Positions 1 to 13,300 of a DNA stretch of 64,000 nt are shown one piece after another. The position numbers were made by a program, and so were the translations under genes. Under the pieces are notes generated by a model. It made no database searches. It was not told the DNA's origin and saw only the letters and a list, made by a program, of their open reading frames with translations. Source of the stretch: Macrostomum lignano (taxonomy: Eukaryota); NCBI GenBank assembly GCA_002269645.1, contig NIVC01002029.1, positions 147,242 to 211,241 on the forward strand, given 5' to 3'. Numbering within the stretch: position 1 is the stretch's first letter; every line of letters starts with the position of its first letter.

Positions 1-594
1 CCCAGTTTCTGATTGACAGCTTGACCAGCCTAGCAGCAGCAGCAGCAGCAGCGGTCCTCTATCTATCTGTTTATTCATATCTTGCCGACTCCTCATATTC
101 ATATATCTAGCTGATCCGTCCTGGGCAAATGAAATTTCCAGTTCCTGGGGACAGCGGGGAAGTTTCTCGATGTCTGCTTCTCAGCTCCATCAGTTCATAT
201 CTTCCTGTGCAGTTGCAAGTGCAGCAAAAGAGCTCAGCGTGAGCAGTCGGATGACCATTTAAATCAATCATCGCCCCGGTCGCTTCTGGCCCACTGCTGC
301 CACCGAAGCGCCAGGATTGACGGAATTGCAAAAGATGTCAATATAAGTATTATAAATATATATGTACGTATGTATATATGTATATATGTATATGTTATCA
401 ATGCATTTTTGTGGAGCAGAAACTTTAGTACGCTCGTATACACATGCTAATACTAATACCTTTTCACTTCACTGCATGAAGACAAAGCTAAAGAATTAAT
501 ATTATCTTTAGTAGTTTTCGTGTCTGTATAAATTGTGTTCGAAGAATCTCATTTTTAGATATGAAAAAAATTCGTGTGAGTGCAACTATGATTC

Positions 595-775
595 TCGTGA
601 GGTGGATGCAATGTACATTACAGGGGAAGAGAGTAAATCGATATTATCGTGAGGTAGCTCCAATGTACATGATCGGGGAAGAGATTAAATCGATATTATC
701 GTGAGGTAGCTGCTATGTACATTACCGGGGAAGAGAGTAAATCGATATTATCGTGAGGTAGGCGCAATGTACTTT
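595..775. repeat. Degenerate ~52-bp tandem repeat, about 3.5 copies
   Basis: TCGTGAGG recurs at about 595, 648, 699 and 751, each followed by ...AATGTACAT...GGGGAAGAGAKTAAATCGATATTA. Confidence 0.75.
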
Positions 776-1426
776 ATCACGAAGTGAATGCATTGTACAT
801 TATCACGACGCGTTGGCGTGTGTAGCTTTGTTTTCGCAGATGAAGTTTACATTTTAGTCGGCCAAACGCTAACAAAAATACACTTTCAAATGCGGTCAAT
901 TTTTAGCGAGTTCGTGACAAGTGCCTGCCATGTGACTCCATTCGAATCGCGTAATTAATCAAGTCTAATTCAATCAGGACTAGACGGCCTAGAACTTTAG
1001 AGAAATTTTTATCCAGACCTTGCATACAAAGCCAGCTCTCTCCTCGGTTGCCAAGCCGCAAAATTACCAGAACGTTCCGGGGAACTTTTAGCGGCCCCGA
1101 AAAAGATTACTATAGTAGCTTAACTAACTGGCAAACAGGACAGGACAGCCGGGCCTCAAAGGAGGGAGCCTCCGCTTCACGCTTGAGCGCCAACGCGGGG
1201 GTTCTCAGGCTTCGGGTCATGCGTTCGAGCTGGATTTTGGTTCAACAGAGAGCTCTCTTGTGACGACCCTCTGAACAACACTGACAAGTCTTTTATAGTT
1301 CCCCAGTGCAGCCCACAGTTCTGCTCTGGCCTACTAAAAGGCAATTCAAGTGCACTCGAACTAATGCGCTTTTCTTGAGACTGGGCTGTTTAAATCAATT
1401 TCTATTGCTGTTATTGATCGACTGTC

Positions 1427-3220
1427 ATGGGAAATCCTGTTCGGGAAATCCTGTTCGGGAAATCCTGTTCGGGAAATCCTGTTCGGGAAATCCTGTCTGG
1501 GAGATCCTGTCTGGGAAATCTTGTCTGGGAAATCCTGTCTGGGAAATCTTGTCTGGGAAATCCTGTCTGGGAAATCCTGTCTGGGAAATCCTGTCTGCGA
1601 AATCTTGTTTGGAAATCCTGTCTATGAAATCTTGTTCGGGAAATAATGTCTGCGAAATCTTGTTCGGAAATCCTGTCTATGAAATCTTGTTCGGGAAAAA
1701 TTGTCTGGGAAATACTTCCTAGGAAATCCCGTCTGGGAAATCCTGTCTGGGAAATCTTGTCTGGGAAATCCTGTCTGGGAAATCCTGTCTGGGAAATCCT
1801 GTCTGCGAAATCTTGTTTGGAAATCCTGTCTATGAAATCTTGTTCGGGAAATAATGTCTGCGAAATCTTGTTCGGAAATCCTGTCTATGAAATCTTGTTC
1901 GGGAAAAATTGTCTGGGAAATACTTCCTAGGAAATCCCGTCTGGGAAATCCTGTCTGGGAAATCTTGTCTGGGAAATCCTGTCTGGGAAATCCTGTCTGG
2001 GAAATCCTGTCTGCGAAATCTTGTTTGGAAATCCTGTCTATGAAATCTTGTTCGGGAAATAATGTCTGCGAAATCTTGTTCGGAAATCCTGTCTAGGAAA
2101 TCTTGTTCGGGAAATAATGTCTGGGAAATACTTCCTAGGAAATCCCGTCTGGGAAATCCTGTCTGGGAAATCCTGTCTGGGAAATCCTGTCTGGGAAATC
2201 ATGTCTGGGAAATACTGTCTAGGAAATCCTGTCTGGGAAATCTTGTCTGGGAAATCCTGTCTGGGAAATCTTTTCTGGGAAATCCTGTCTGCGAAATCTT
2301 GTTCGGAAATCCTGTCTAGGAAATCTTGTTCGGGAAATAATGTCTGGGAAATACTTCCTAGGAAATCCCGTCCGGGAAATCCTGTCTGGGAAATGCTGTT
2401 TGGGAAATCCTGTCTGGGAAATCATGTCTGGGAAATGCTGTTTGGGAAATCCTGTCTGGGAAATCATGTCTGGGAAATCATGTCTGGGAAATCCTGTCTG
2501 GGAAATCTTGTCTGGGAAATCCTGTCTGGGAAATCCTGTCTGGGAAATCCTGTCTGGGAAATCATGTCTGGGAAATCATGTCTGGGAAATCCTGTCTGGG
2601 AAATCATGTCTGGGAAATCTTGTCTGGGAAATCCTGTCTGCGAAATCCTGTCTGGGAAATCCTGTCTGGGAAATCTTGTCTGGGAAATCCTGTCTGCGAA
2701 ATCTTGTTCGGAAATCCTGTCTATGAAATCTTGTTCGGGAAATAATGTCTGCAAAATCTTGTTCAGAAATCCTGTCTATGAAATCTTGTTCGGGAAATAA
2801 TGTCTGCGAAATCTTGTTCGGAAATCCTGTCTATGAAATCTTGTTCGGGAAAAATTGTCTGGGAAATCCTGTCTGGGAAATCATCTCTGGGAAATACTGT
2901 CTAGGAAATCCTGTCTGGGAAATCCTGTCTGGGAAATCTTGTCTGGGAAATCCTGTCTGCGAAATCTTGTTCGGAAATCCTGTCTAGGAAATCTTGTTCG
3001 GGAAATAATGTCTGGGAAATACTTCCTAGGAAATCCCGTCCGGGAAATCCTGTCTGGGAAATGCTGTTTGGGAAATCCTGTCTGGGAAATCATGTCTGGG
3101 AAATGCTGTTTGGGAAATCCTGTCTGGGAAATCATGTCTGGGAAATCATGTCTGGGAAATCCTGTCTGGGAAATCTTGTCTGGGAAATCCTGTCTGGGAA
3201 ATCCTGTCTGGGAAATCCCA
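1427..3220. repeat. 14-bp minisatellite (GGGAAATCCTGTCT)n with higher-order blocks
   Basis: Visible unit; the 14-aa period in the ORF track (GKSCLGNPVWEILS) equals 3x14 bp. Identical ORF starts at 1646, 1854 and 2062 show a 208-bp higher-order period. Confidence 0.97.
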
Positions 3221-3645
3221 ACTGAGAAATCAGTCCGCTTATACCAGATCCCGTCTGAAACTGTTATTGCGCCCAGGTTTCTGCAAAGAAGATTAATGCG
3301 AGCCTGCGGCTTTCTTATTGAGGGACTTTATTATCAGATTAACGAGGCTATTTCTTTCTATTCACCGCCGGAATCATGATTTTTTCTTGAGAGAATATTC
3401 CCTAATCCTCGCTTTATGATTTCATATTTTAAACTGCTCTAATTGTGAGCGCTGATAAATGAGTCGAATAAAACGATTCATTATCTCGGACTAGAACGGG
3501 GAGAGGGACGGACTTTGTGGATCCCGTGACTCCATTGGGCAGTGGCGTACGCAGAAAATTGTATTTGAGATTGGGGGGTCCGAGCCTCAGGGGCGCCAAT
3601 ATATTGGGTGTCTTGTAGTGGGCGCCCCCGTTTTTTAGGTTGACA

Positions 3646-6600
3646 GCCCCTGTCTCTTAGGTGGCCGGCCCTGTCTCTTAGGTGGCCGGCCCTGTCTCTT
3701 AGGTGGCCGGCCCTGTCTCTTAGGTGGCAGCCCCTGTCTCTTAGGTGGCCACCCATGTCTCTTAGGTGGCCGCCCCTGTCTCTTAGGTGGCCGGCCCTGT
3801 CTCTTAGGTGGCCACCCCTGTCTCTTAGGTGGCCGGCCCTGTCTCTTAGGTGGCCGGCCCTGTCTCTTAGGTGGCCGGCCCTGTCTCTTAGGTGGCCGCC
3901 CCTGTCTCTTAGGTGGCCACCCCTGTCTCTTAGGTGGCCGCCCCTGTCTCTTAGGTGGCCGGCCCTGTCTCTTAGGTGGCCGGCCCTGTCTCTTAGGTGG
4001 CCGCCCCTGTCTCTTAGGTGGCCACCCCTGTCTCTTAGGTGGCCGCCCCTGTCTCTTAGGTGGCCGCCCCTGTCTCTTAGGTGGTCGCCCCTGTCTCTTA
4101 GGTGGCCACCCCTGTCTCTTAGGTGGCCGGCCCTGTCTCTTAGGTGGCCGGCCCTGTCTCTTAGGTGGCCGGCCCTGTTTCTTAGGTGGCCGGCCCTGTC
4201 TCTTAGGTGGCCGGCCCTGTCTCTTAGGTGGCCGCCCCTGTCTCTTAGGTGGCCGCCCCTGTCTCTTAAGTGGCCGCCCCTGTCTCTTAGGTGGCCACCC
4301 CTGTCTCTTAGGTGGCCGGCCCTGTCTCTTAGGTGGCCTTCCCTGTCTCTTAGGTGGCCGCCCCTGTCTCTTAGGTGGCCGCCCCTGTCTCTTAGGTGGC
4401 CTTCCCTGTCTCTTAGGTGGCCGCCCCTGTCTCTTAGGTGGCCGCCCCTGTCTCTTAGGTGGCCACCCCTGTCTCTTAGTTGGCCGCCCCTGTCTCTTAG
4501 GTGGCCACCCCTGTCTCTTAGTTGGCCGGCCCTGTCTCTTAGGTGGCCGCCCCTGTCTCTTAGGTGGCCGCCCCTGTCTCTTAGGTGGCCACCCCTGTCT
4601 CTTAGGTGGCCGGCCCTGTCTCTTAGGTGGCCGGCCCTGTCTCTTAGGTGGCCGGCCCTGTCTCTTAGGTGGCCGGCCCTGTCTCTTAGGTGGCCGGCCC
4701 TGTCTCTTAGGTGGCCGGCCCTGTCTCTTAGGTGGCCGGCCCTGTCTCTTAGGTGGCCGGCCCTGTCTCTTAGGTGGCCGCCCCTGTCTCTTAGGTGGCC
4801 ACCCCTGTCTCTTAGGTGGCCGCCCCTGTCTCTTAGGTGGCCGCCCCTGTCTCCTAGGTGGCCGCCCCTGTCTCTTAGGTGGCCGCCCCTGTCTCTTAGG
4901 TGGCCGCCCCTGTCTCTTAGGTGGCCACCCCTGTCTCTTAGGTGGCCGGCCCTGTCTCTTAGGTGGCCGGCCCTGTCTCTTAGGTGGCCGGCCCTGTCTC
5001 TTAGGTGGCCGGCCCTGTCTCTTAGGTGGCCGGCCCTGTCTCTTAGGTGGCCGGCCCTGTCTCTTAGGTGGCCGGCCCTGTCTCTTAGGTGGCCGGCCCT
5101 GTCTCTTAGGTGGCCGGCCCTGTCTCTTAGGTGGCCGGCCCTGTCTCTTAGGTGGCCGGCCCTGTCTCTTAGGTGGCCGGCCCTGTCTCTTAGGTGGCCG
5201 GCCCTGTCTCTTAGGTGGCCGGCCCTGTCTCTTAGGTGGCCGGCCCTGTCTCTTAGGTGGCCGGCCCTGTCTCTTAGGTGGCCGGCCCTGTCTCTTAGGT
5301 GGCCGGCCCTGTCTCTTAGGTGGCCGCCCCTGTCTCTTAGTTGGCCACCCCTGTCTCTTAGGTGGCCGCCCCTGTCTCTTAGGTGGCCGCCCCTGTCTCT
5401 TAGGTGGCCACCCCTGTCTCTTAGGTGGCCGGCCCTGTCTCTTAGGTGGCCGCCCCTGTCTCTTAGGTGGCCGCCCCTGTCTCTTAGGTGGCCGGCCCTG
5501 TCTCTTAGGTGGCCTTCCCTGTCTCTTAGGTGGCCGGCCCTGTCTCTTAGGTGGCCGGCCCTGTCTCTTAGGTGGCCACCCCTGTCTCTTAGTTGGCCGG
5601 CCCTGTCTCTTAGGTGGCCGCCCCTGTCTCTTAGGTGGCCGCCCCTGTCTCTTAGGTGGCCACCCCTGTCTCTTAGGTGGCCGGCCCTGTCTCTTAGGTG
5701 GCCGGCCCTGTCTCTTAGGTGGCCGGCCCTGTCTCTTAGGTGGCCGGCCCTGTCTCTTAGGTGGCCGGCCCTGTCTCTTAGGTGGCCGGCCCTGTCTCTT
5801 AGGTGGCCGCCCCTGTCTCTTAGGTGGCCACCCCTGTCTCTTAGGTGGCCGGCCCTGTCTCTTAGGTGGCCGGCCCTGTCTCTTAGGTGGCCGGCCCTGT
5901 CTCTTAGGTGGCCGCCCCTGTCTCTTAGGTGGCCACCCCTGTCTCTTAGGTGGCCGCCCCTGTCTCTTAGGTGGCCGCCCCTGTCTCTTAGGTGGCCGCC
6001 CCTGTCTCTTAGGTGGCCACCCCTGTCTCTTAGGTGGCCGCCCCTGTCTCTTAGGTGGCCACCCCTGTCTCTTAGGTGGCCACCCCTGTCTCTTAGGTGG
6101 CCGGCCCTGTCTCTTAGGTGGCCGGCCCTGTCTCTTAGGTGGCCGGCCCTGTCTCTTAGGTGGCCGGCCCTGTCTCTTAGGTGGCCGGCCCTGTCTCTTA
6201 GGTGGCCACCCCTGTCTCTTAGGTGGCCGGCCCTGTCTCTTAGGTGGCCGGCCCTGTCTCTTAGGTGGCCGGCCCTGTCTCTTAGGTGGCCGGCCCTGTC
6301 TCTTAGGTGGCCGGCCCTGTCTCTTAGGTGGCCGGCCCTGTCTCTTAGGTGGCCGGCCCTGTCTCTTAGGTGGCCGGCCCTGTCTCTTAGGTGGCCGCCC
6401 CTGTCTCTTAGGTGGCCACCCCTGTCTCTTAGGTGGCCGCCCCTGTCTCTTAGGTGGCCGCCCCTGTCTCTTAGGTGGCCACCCCTGTCTCTTAGGTGGC
6501 CGGCCCTGTCTCTTAGGTGGCCGCCCCTGTCTCTTAGGTGGCCGCCCCTGTCTCTTAGGTGGCCGCCCCTGTCTCTTAGGTGGCCACCCCTGTCTCTTAG

Positions 6601-6672
6601 GTGGCCGCCCCTGTCTCTTAGGTGGCCGCCCCTGTCTCTTAGGTGGCCGGCCCTCTTAGGTGGCCGGCCCTG
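3646..6672. repeat. 21-bp minisatellite (GTGGCCGGCCCTGTCTCTTAG)n, about 144 copies
   Basis: Near-perfect unit; variants mostly at one codon (GCC/CCC/ACC-type). Produces the spurious 994-aa SLRWPAL ORF. Confidence 0.98.
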
Positions 6673-7415
6673 TCTTTTAAGTGGGTGTCCCCGTAAAATA
6701 GCTACTTTGTTTTATTTACAATTAGAAAGCTCAAAATAGGTGAGATGTTGTGAATTGAGTGCAAAATAATACTGTAAACTTCTTACATCCCGCAAATGCA
6801 TTTTGTAGCGAGAACAAGCCTTCAAAGTGAAATAAGCAAGATCCTGTTATTTCTTTAGCTGCCCATGATTGGAATTTACATGACCGCGCCGAGCACCCGA
6901 TGTGGCGACACCCTCCAACCCTTTGGGAGGCGCTCTCAGCGCTCTCGAGAGTGAGCAGTGCGCGGTCACAATGCTGAGATTGATTGGGTGGGGAGCCACC
7001 TCCCCCGGATCTCCTCAAACTTATCCGAGCCACCACTTCTCCCCTAAACGCCCCGAGAGTTCTTCCCTTCGATCCAGCCAGCACGCCAAGGGTCGGGCAA
7101 GGAGGAGCTCGCGCGATAAAAAATAACCAGTGTGTTCCTTCTTATCCCTTCCTTCGACTTCTCTCTTTTTTGCAGTTTTTTTCTCTATACGACCTCCAGG
7201 AGGAGCAGCCGGGGTTCTCACTGGCGATAATTGAAGAAATGCTGGTTCCCTATAGATAACATAATGCGATAGACAAATTTTGGCGGTTACTTATGAACTG
7301 CAAATGCACCTGGTGGGGTTTTTAATTAAAAAAATGCATAATGGCAACTAATGCTTCGTCAGTCAGCCATTACATTTTTATCGGGTTGGAAAATAATACT
7401 TTCGAGTTGTTCACG

Positions 7416-8400
7416 AGACTCACTCTTTAAAGAGTTGAAATCCACGAGAATCACTCTTTAGAGAGTTGAAATCCGTGAGAATCACTCTTTAGAGCGTTGA
7501 AATCCATGAGAATCACTCTTTAGAGAGTTTAAATCCACGAGAATCACTCTTTAGAGAGTTGAAATCCGTGAGAATCACTCTTTAGAGAGTTGAAATCCAT
7601 GAGAATCACTCTTTAGAGAGTTTAAATCCATGAGAATCACTCTTTAGAGAGTTTAAATCCATGAGAATCACTCTTTAGAGAGTTTAAATCCACGAGAATC
7701 ACTCTTTAGAGAGTTGAAATCCATGAGAATCACTCTTTAGAGAGTTGAAATCCATGAGAATCACTCTATGAGAATCAATCTCTGATAATTACTTTGAAGA
7801 ATCACTCTGGAGAATCACTCTGGAGAATCACTCTGGAGAATCAATCACTCTGGAGAATCACTCTGGAGAATCACCCTGGAGAATCACTCTGGAGAATCAC
7901 TCTGGAGAATCACTCTGGAGAATCAATCACTCTGGAGAATCACTCTGGAGAATCACTCTGGAGAATCACTCTGGAGAATCACTCTGGAGAATCACTCTGG
8001 AGAATCACTCTATGAGAATCACCCTGGAGAATCACTCTGGAGAATCACTCTGGAGAATCACTCTGGAGAATAATTCTATGAGAATCACTCTGGAGAATCA
8101 CTCTGAAGAATCACTCTGGAGAATCACTCTCTAATAATCACTCTGGAGAATCATTCTATGAGAATCACTCTGGAGAATCACTCTGGAGAATCACTCTGGA
8201 GAATCACTCTCTAATAATCACTCTGGAGAATAATTCTGGAGAATCACTCTGGAGAATCACTCTGAAGAATCACTCTGAAGAATCACTCTGGAGGATCACT
8301 CTGAGAATCACTCTGAAGAATCACTCTGGAGAATCACTCTGGAGAATCACTCTGAAGAATCACTCTGGAGGATCACTCTGAGAATCACTCTCTGAGAATG
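7416..8400. repeat. Compound minisatellite: ~31-bp unit (GAGAATCACTCTTTAGAGAGTTGAAATCCAT) grading into 13-bp unit (ATCACTCTGGAGA)
   Basis: 31-bp units at about 7416-7770 and 13-bp units at about 7770-8400 share the GAGAATCACTCT core. Confidence 0.93.
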
Positions 8401-9139
8401 AGACTTTAAAAAATATGTCTAAAGAACTCATCCGGCACAACAGGGGGGGGGGCACACGCGTCACTTGTCGGAAAAATGAATATGCTCGCATTAGACCCAA
8501 TATAAGATCCGAGCTCGGGAAGTCATCGAGTCGCCAGGGGCCGAGTCGGGAGTCCCAGCGGTTGGCCAGCTTGAGCAGCTCTGACGATCTTTCCCCATGG
8601 GATCGGCGGCCGTGAGGAGCCGGAGTGGTCCCCTGGCCGCTGTTCCCCATTTTCCTCCCTAATTCCTTTGCCTTCTCTCCCTCTTTCTTTCGAATGCTTC
8701 GCCTTTAACAGGACGCCGCACCGACCCCGGGGAGAAGGCTGGACAGCGGCTTCATCGCTGCTTTGAATAATTGCAATTTGGCCCCGGCTGAGAAGGCTGG
8801 CGGGCGGCAGATGCTAGCGAAAATATGAGGAGAGCCATTTTTCTCAGCGATGTGGAGGAAGGGGCGACTCTCGTGTCTCCATTTTTTTCTTTCCCTTGCT
8901 TCCTTCGGGAAATTTAGGCGACCAAAAATCGACTCGACAAATTTTGAGTCACGTGATTCGCTAGGGACAGGAGACTCAGTAATTTGGCAACGGATCACTT
9001 CGGCGTCAGCTAATTTATTGCTTCCAAGCCAGGTTGACCGAGCCAAAATTTATGATCTTAAAGTGACTTCCTATTTGAAGAAGAGAGATTCTTCGAACAC
9101 CCGGAATCACTCTAGTCATACCCGGGATCCTTTAGAACC

Positions 9140-9320
9140 CCTCTGGGGAAACCCATCTGGGGAAACCCCTCTGGGGAAACCCCTCTGGGGAAACCCCTCT
9201 GGGGAAACCCCTCTGGGGAAACGCCTCTGGGGAAACCCCTCTGGGGAAACCCCTCTGGGGAAACCCCTCTGGGGAAACCCCTCTGGGGAAACCCCTCTGG
9301 GGAAACCCCTCTGGGAAACC
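9140..9320. repeat. 14-bp minisatellite (CTCTGGGGAAACCC)n, about 13 copies, just inside the intron after the Ig exon
   Basis: Visible unit; 14-aa period in the ORF track. Confidence 0.95.
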
Positions 9321-9346
9321 TTGAAAATGTAGCAGAAATGACTCAC

Positions 9347-9773
9347 CGTAGACGAACAGGTAGATGGTGCACTGATCCTTGGCCTCGCCGGGATCCTCAA
9401 CGCGAAACTTCACGTAACACCGGTAGACGCCCTGGTCGCTGACCCGCACATCCTTCAGCTTCAGGCTGGCCTCCGAATACACCGATAGGCGGCCAACAAA
9501 CTCGGTGGCAAGCGTGGGCTCGAAGGACTCAAACCTGTCGAACACGGCCTGCTGCAAGCCGTCACGGCGCCACTGCACCTGGTGCGGCACCAGCACGTTG
9601 GCGTTCGCCGGGTAGCGGAGCTGGCATTCGAACAGCACGTCGCTGCCAACGGCCACCTCCTTGGCAATCTGGCGCCGAGTCCGCGACAGCAGCGGCTGCA
9701 TGGCGTGGCCCAGCCGACCGGCTTGTAGAAGCAGCAGCAGCGACAGCAGGAGCAGCAAGCCACCCGGAGCCAT
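9347..9773 (-). CDS. First coding exon of an immunoglobulin-superfamily protein (signal peptide + V-type Ig domain), turtle/IGSF9-like
   Basis: MAPGGLLLLLSLLLLLQAGRLG signal peptide; FECQL...QWRRDG...FVGRLSV...ASLKLKDVRVSDQGVYRC V-set pattern similar to the first domain of turtle/IGSF9. Exon ends in phase 1 at TACG|GTGAGT (9347/9346). No next exon found within the window. Confidence 0.8.
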
Positions 9774-10310
9774 TATTCGCCCAATCGCTACCTTACTACT
9801 GTAGCGGCCTTGTCCGCGAACTCTAAGCCGGAGACTGATCGGATTTATTAGCAGGCGGATTAGTCAAACAAACTGCATATCTCAGCCCAGCCTCCGGCGC
9901 AGAGCGGACTCCGAACTCAGCAGCTTTCTAAGCATCCCGGAGGGTCGGCGGTGTGTCCGGTGCAAACAGGAGGTGCAAAAAACACAGCAGGAGGCCGGGC
10001 ATTGGACGGGGGTGGACCGGAGCCGGTAGCCCATTGGCCGGTGGCCCTGCTGGAACTTTGAGCTATACAGGATGGCTGGGATTTTAATCCCTCCGGCCCC
10101 TGAAAAGAGCACCGATGCTTGTTCTGGTCGCTTTCAGTCTTTAATTGTACAAGCGGTGAGCACTGCTCACAAGACAGGAGACAATGCTCAGATTGAGTCC
10201 TTGCAGTTTTACAACCCCCAACCCCTCGGGGACACTTTTATAGGGAATTTATTGGGGATTCAATTTTAAGCGGAAATGCATTAGAGGTAGTGGGGTTGCT
10301 AGGAACTTCA

Positions 10311-13300
10311 GATCCCATAGATGAGAATCTCCCACTGCATCCAAATCCCATAGGTGAGGATCTCCCACTGCATCCAAATCCCATAGGTGAGGATCTCCCA
10401 CTGCATCCAAATCCCATAGGTGCCTCCCACTGCATCCAAATCCCATAGGTGAGGATCTCCCACTGCGTCCAAATCCCATAGGTGAGGATCTCCCACTGCA
10501 TCCAAATCCCATAGGTGAGGATCTCCCACTGCATCCAAATCCCATAGGTGCCTCCCACTGCATCCAAATCCCATAGGTGAGGATCTCCCACTGCGTCTAA
10601 ATCCCATAGGTGCCTCCCACTGCATCCAAATCCCATAGGTGAGGATCTCCCACTGCGTCCAAATCCCATAGGTGAGGATCTCCCACTGCGTCTAAATCCC
10701 ATAGGTGCCTCCCACTGCATCCAAATCCCATAGGTGAGGATCTCCCACTGCGTCCAAATCCCATAGGTGAGGATCTCACACTGCATCCAAATCCCATAGG
10801 TGCCTCCCACTGCATCCAAATCCCATAGGTGAGGATCTCCCACTGCATCCAAATCCTATAGGCAAGGATCTCACACTGCATCCAAATCCCATAGGTAAGG
10901 ATCTCACACTGCATCCAGATCCCATAGGTAAGGATCTCACACTGCATCCAGATCCCATAGGTAAGGATCTCACACTGCATCCAGATCCCATAGGTAAGGA
11001 TCTGACACTGCATCCAAATCCCATAAATGAGGATCTCCAACTGCATCCAAATCCCATAGGTGCCTCCCACTGCATCCAAATCCCATAGGTGAGGATCTCA
11101 CACTGCATCCAGATCCCATAGGTAAGGATCTCACACTGCATCCAAATCCTATAGGTAAGGATCTCCCACTGCATCCAAATCCCATAGGTGAGGATCTCCC
11201 ACTGCGTCTAAATCCCATAGGTGCCTCCCACTGCATCCAAATCCCATAGGTGAGGATCTCCCACTGCGTCTAAATCCCATAGGTGAGGATCTCCCACTGC
11301 ATCCAAATCCTATAGGCAAGGATCTCACACTGCATCCAAATCCCATAGGTAAGGATCTCACACTGCATCCAGATCCCATAGGTAAGGATCTCACACTGCA
11401 TCCAGATCCCATAGGTAAGGATCTCACACTGCATCCAGATCCCATAGGTAAGGATCTCACACTGCATCCAAATCCCATAAATGAGGATCTCGAACTGCAT
11501 CCAAATCCCATAGGTGCCTCCCACTGCATCCAAATCCCATAGGTGAGGATCTCACACTGCATCCAGATCCCATAGGTAAGGATCTCACACTGCATCCAAA
11601 TCCTATAGGTAAGGATCTCCCACTGCATCCAAATCCCATAGGTGAGGATCTCCCACTGCGTCTAAATCCCATAGGTGCCTCCCACTGCATCCAAATCCCA
11701 TAGGTGAGGATCTCCCACTGCGTCTAAATCCCATAGGTGCCTCCCACTGCATCCAAATCCCATAGGTGAGGATCTCCCACTGCATCCAAATCCTATAGGC
11801 AAGGATCTCCCACTGCATCCAAATCCCATAGGTGAGGATCTCCCACTGCGTCTAAATCCCATAGGTGCCTCCCACTGCATCCAAATCCCATAGGTGAGGA
11901 TCTCCCACTGCATCCAAATCCTATAGGCAAGGATCTCACACTGCATCCAAATCCCATAGGTAAGGATCTCACACTGCATCCAGATCCCATAGGTAAGGAT
12001 CTCACACTGCATCCAGATCCCATAGGTAAGGATCTCACACTGCATCCAGATCCCATAGGTAAGGATCTGACACTGCATCCAAATCCCATAAATGAGGATC
12101 TCCAACTGCATCCAAATCCCATAGGTGCCTCCCACTGCATCCAAATCCCATAGGTGAGGATCTCACACTGCATCCAGATCCCATAGGTAAGGATCTCACA
12201 CTGCATCCAAATCCTATAGGTAAGGATCTCCCACTGCATCCAAATCCCATAGGTGAGGATCTCCCACTGCGTCTAAATCCCATAGGTGCCTCCCACTGCA
12301 TCCAAATCCCATAGGTGAGGATCTCCCACTGCGTCTAAATCCCATAGGTGAGGATCTCCCACTGCATCCAAATCCTATAGGCAAGGATCTCACACTGCAT
12401 CCAAATCCCATAGGTAAGGATCTCACACTGCATCCAGATCCCATAGGTAAGGATCTCACACTGCATCCAGATCCCATAGGTAAGGATCTCACACTGCATC
12501 CAGATCCCATAGGTAAGGATCTCACACTGCATCCAAATCCCATAGGTAAGGATCTCCAACTGCATCCAAATCCCATAGGTGCCTCCCACTGCATCCAAAT
12601 CCCATACGTGAGGATCTCACACTGCATCCAGATCCCATAGGTAAGGATCTCACACTGCATCCAAATCCTATAGGTAAGGATCTCCCACTGCATCCAAATC
12701 CCATAGGTGAGGATCTCCCACTGCGTCTAAATCCCATAGGTGCCTCCCACTGCATCCAAATCCCATAGGTGAGGATCTCCCACTGCGTCTAAATCCCATA
12801 GGTGAGGATCTCCCACTGCATCCAAATCCTATAGGCAAGGATCTCACACTGCATCCAAATCCCATAGGTAAGGATCTCACACTGCATCCAGATCCCATAG
12901 GTAAGGATCTCACACTGCATCCAGATCCCATAGGTAAGGATCTCACACTGCATCCAGATCCCATAGGTAAGGATCTCACACTGCATCCAAATCCCATAGG
13001 TAAGGATCTGACACTGCATCCAAATCCCATAAATGAGGATCTCCAACTGCATCCAAATCCCATAGGTGAGGATCTCACACTGCATCCAGATCCCATAGGT
13101 AAGGATCTCACACTGCATCCAGATCCCATAGGTAAGGATCTCACACTGCATCCAAATCCTATAGGTAAGGATCTCCCACTGCATCCAAATCCCATAGGTG
13201 AGGATCTCCCACTGCGTCTAAATCCCATAGGTGCCTCCCACTGCATCCAAATCCCATAGGTGAGGATCTCACACTGCATCCAGATCCCATAGGTAAGGAT

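Noticed and set aside
107-331. 74-aa ORF at the window start as the next Ig exon
   Set aside because: No Ig motif and no suitable acceptor.
3539-3645. CAGTGGCGTACGCAG, resembling a DNA-transposon terminus just before the 21-bp array
   Set aside because: No matching inverted end or TSD found after the array.
3755-6739. 994-aa ORF (SLRWPAL)n
   Set aside because: Stop-free frame of a 21-bp minisatellite; no unique coding flanks or splice links.
9140-9320. Arrays of NF-kB-like sites (GGGAAACCCC; GGGAAATCC in 1427-3220)
   Set aside because: A short degenerate match is expected by chance and there is no evidence of binding; kept only as a shared-core observation.
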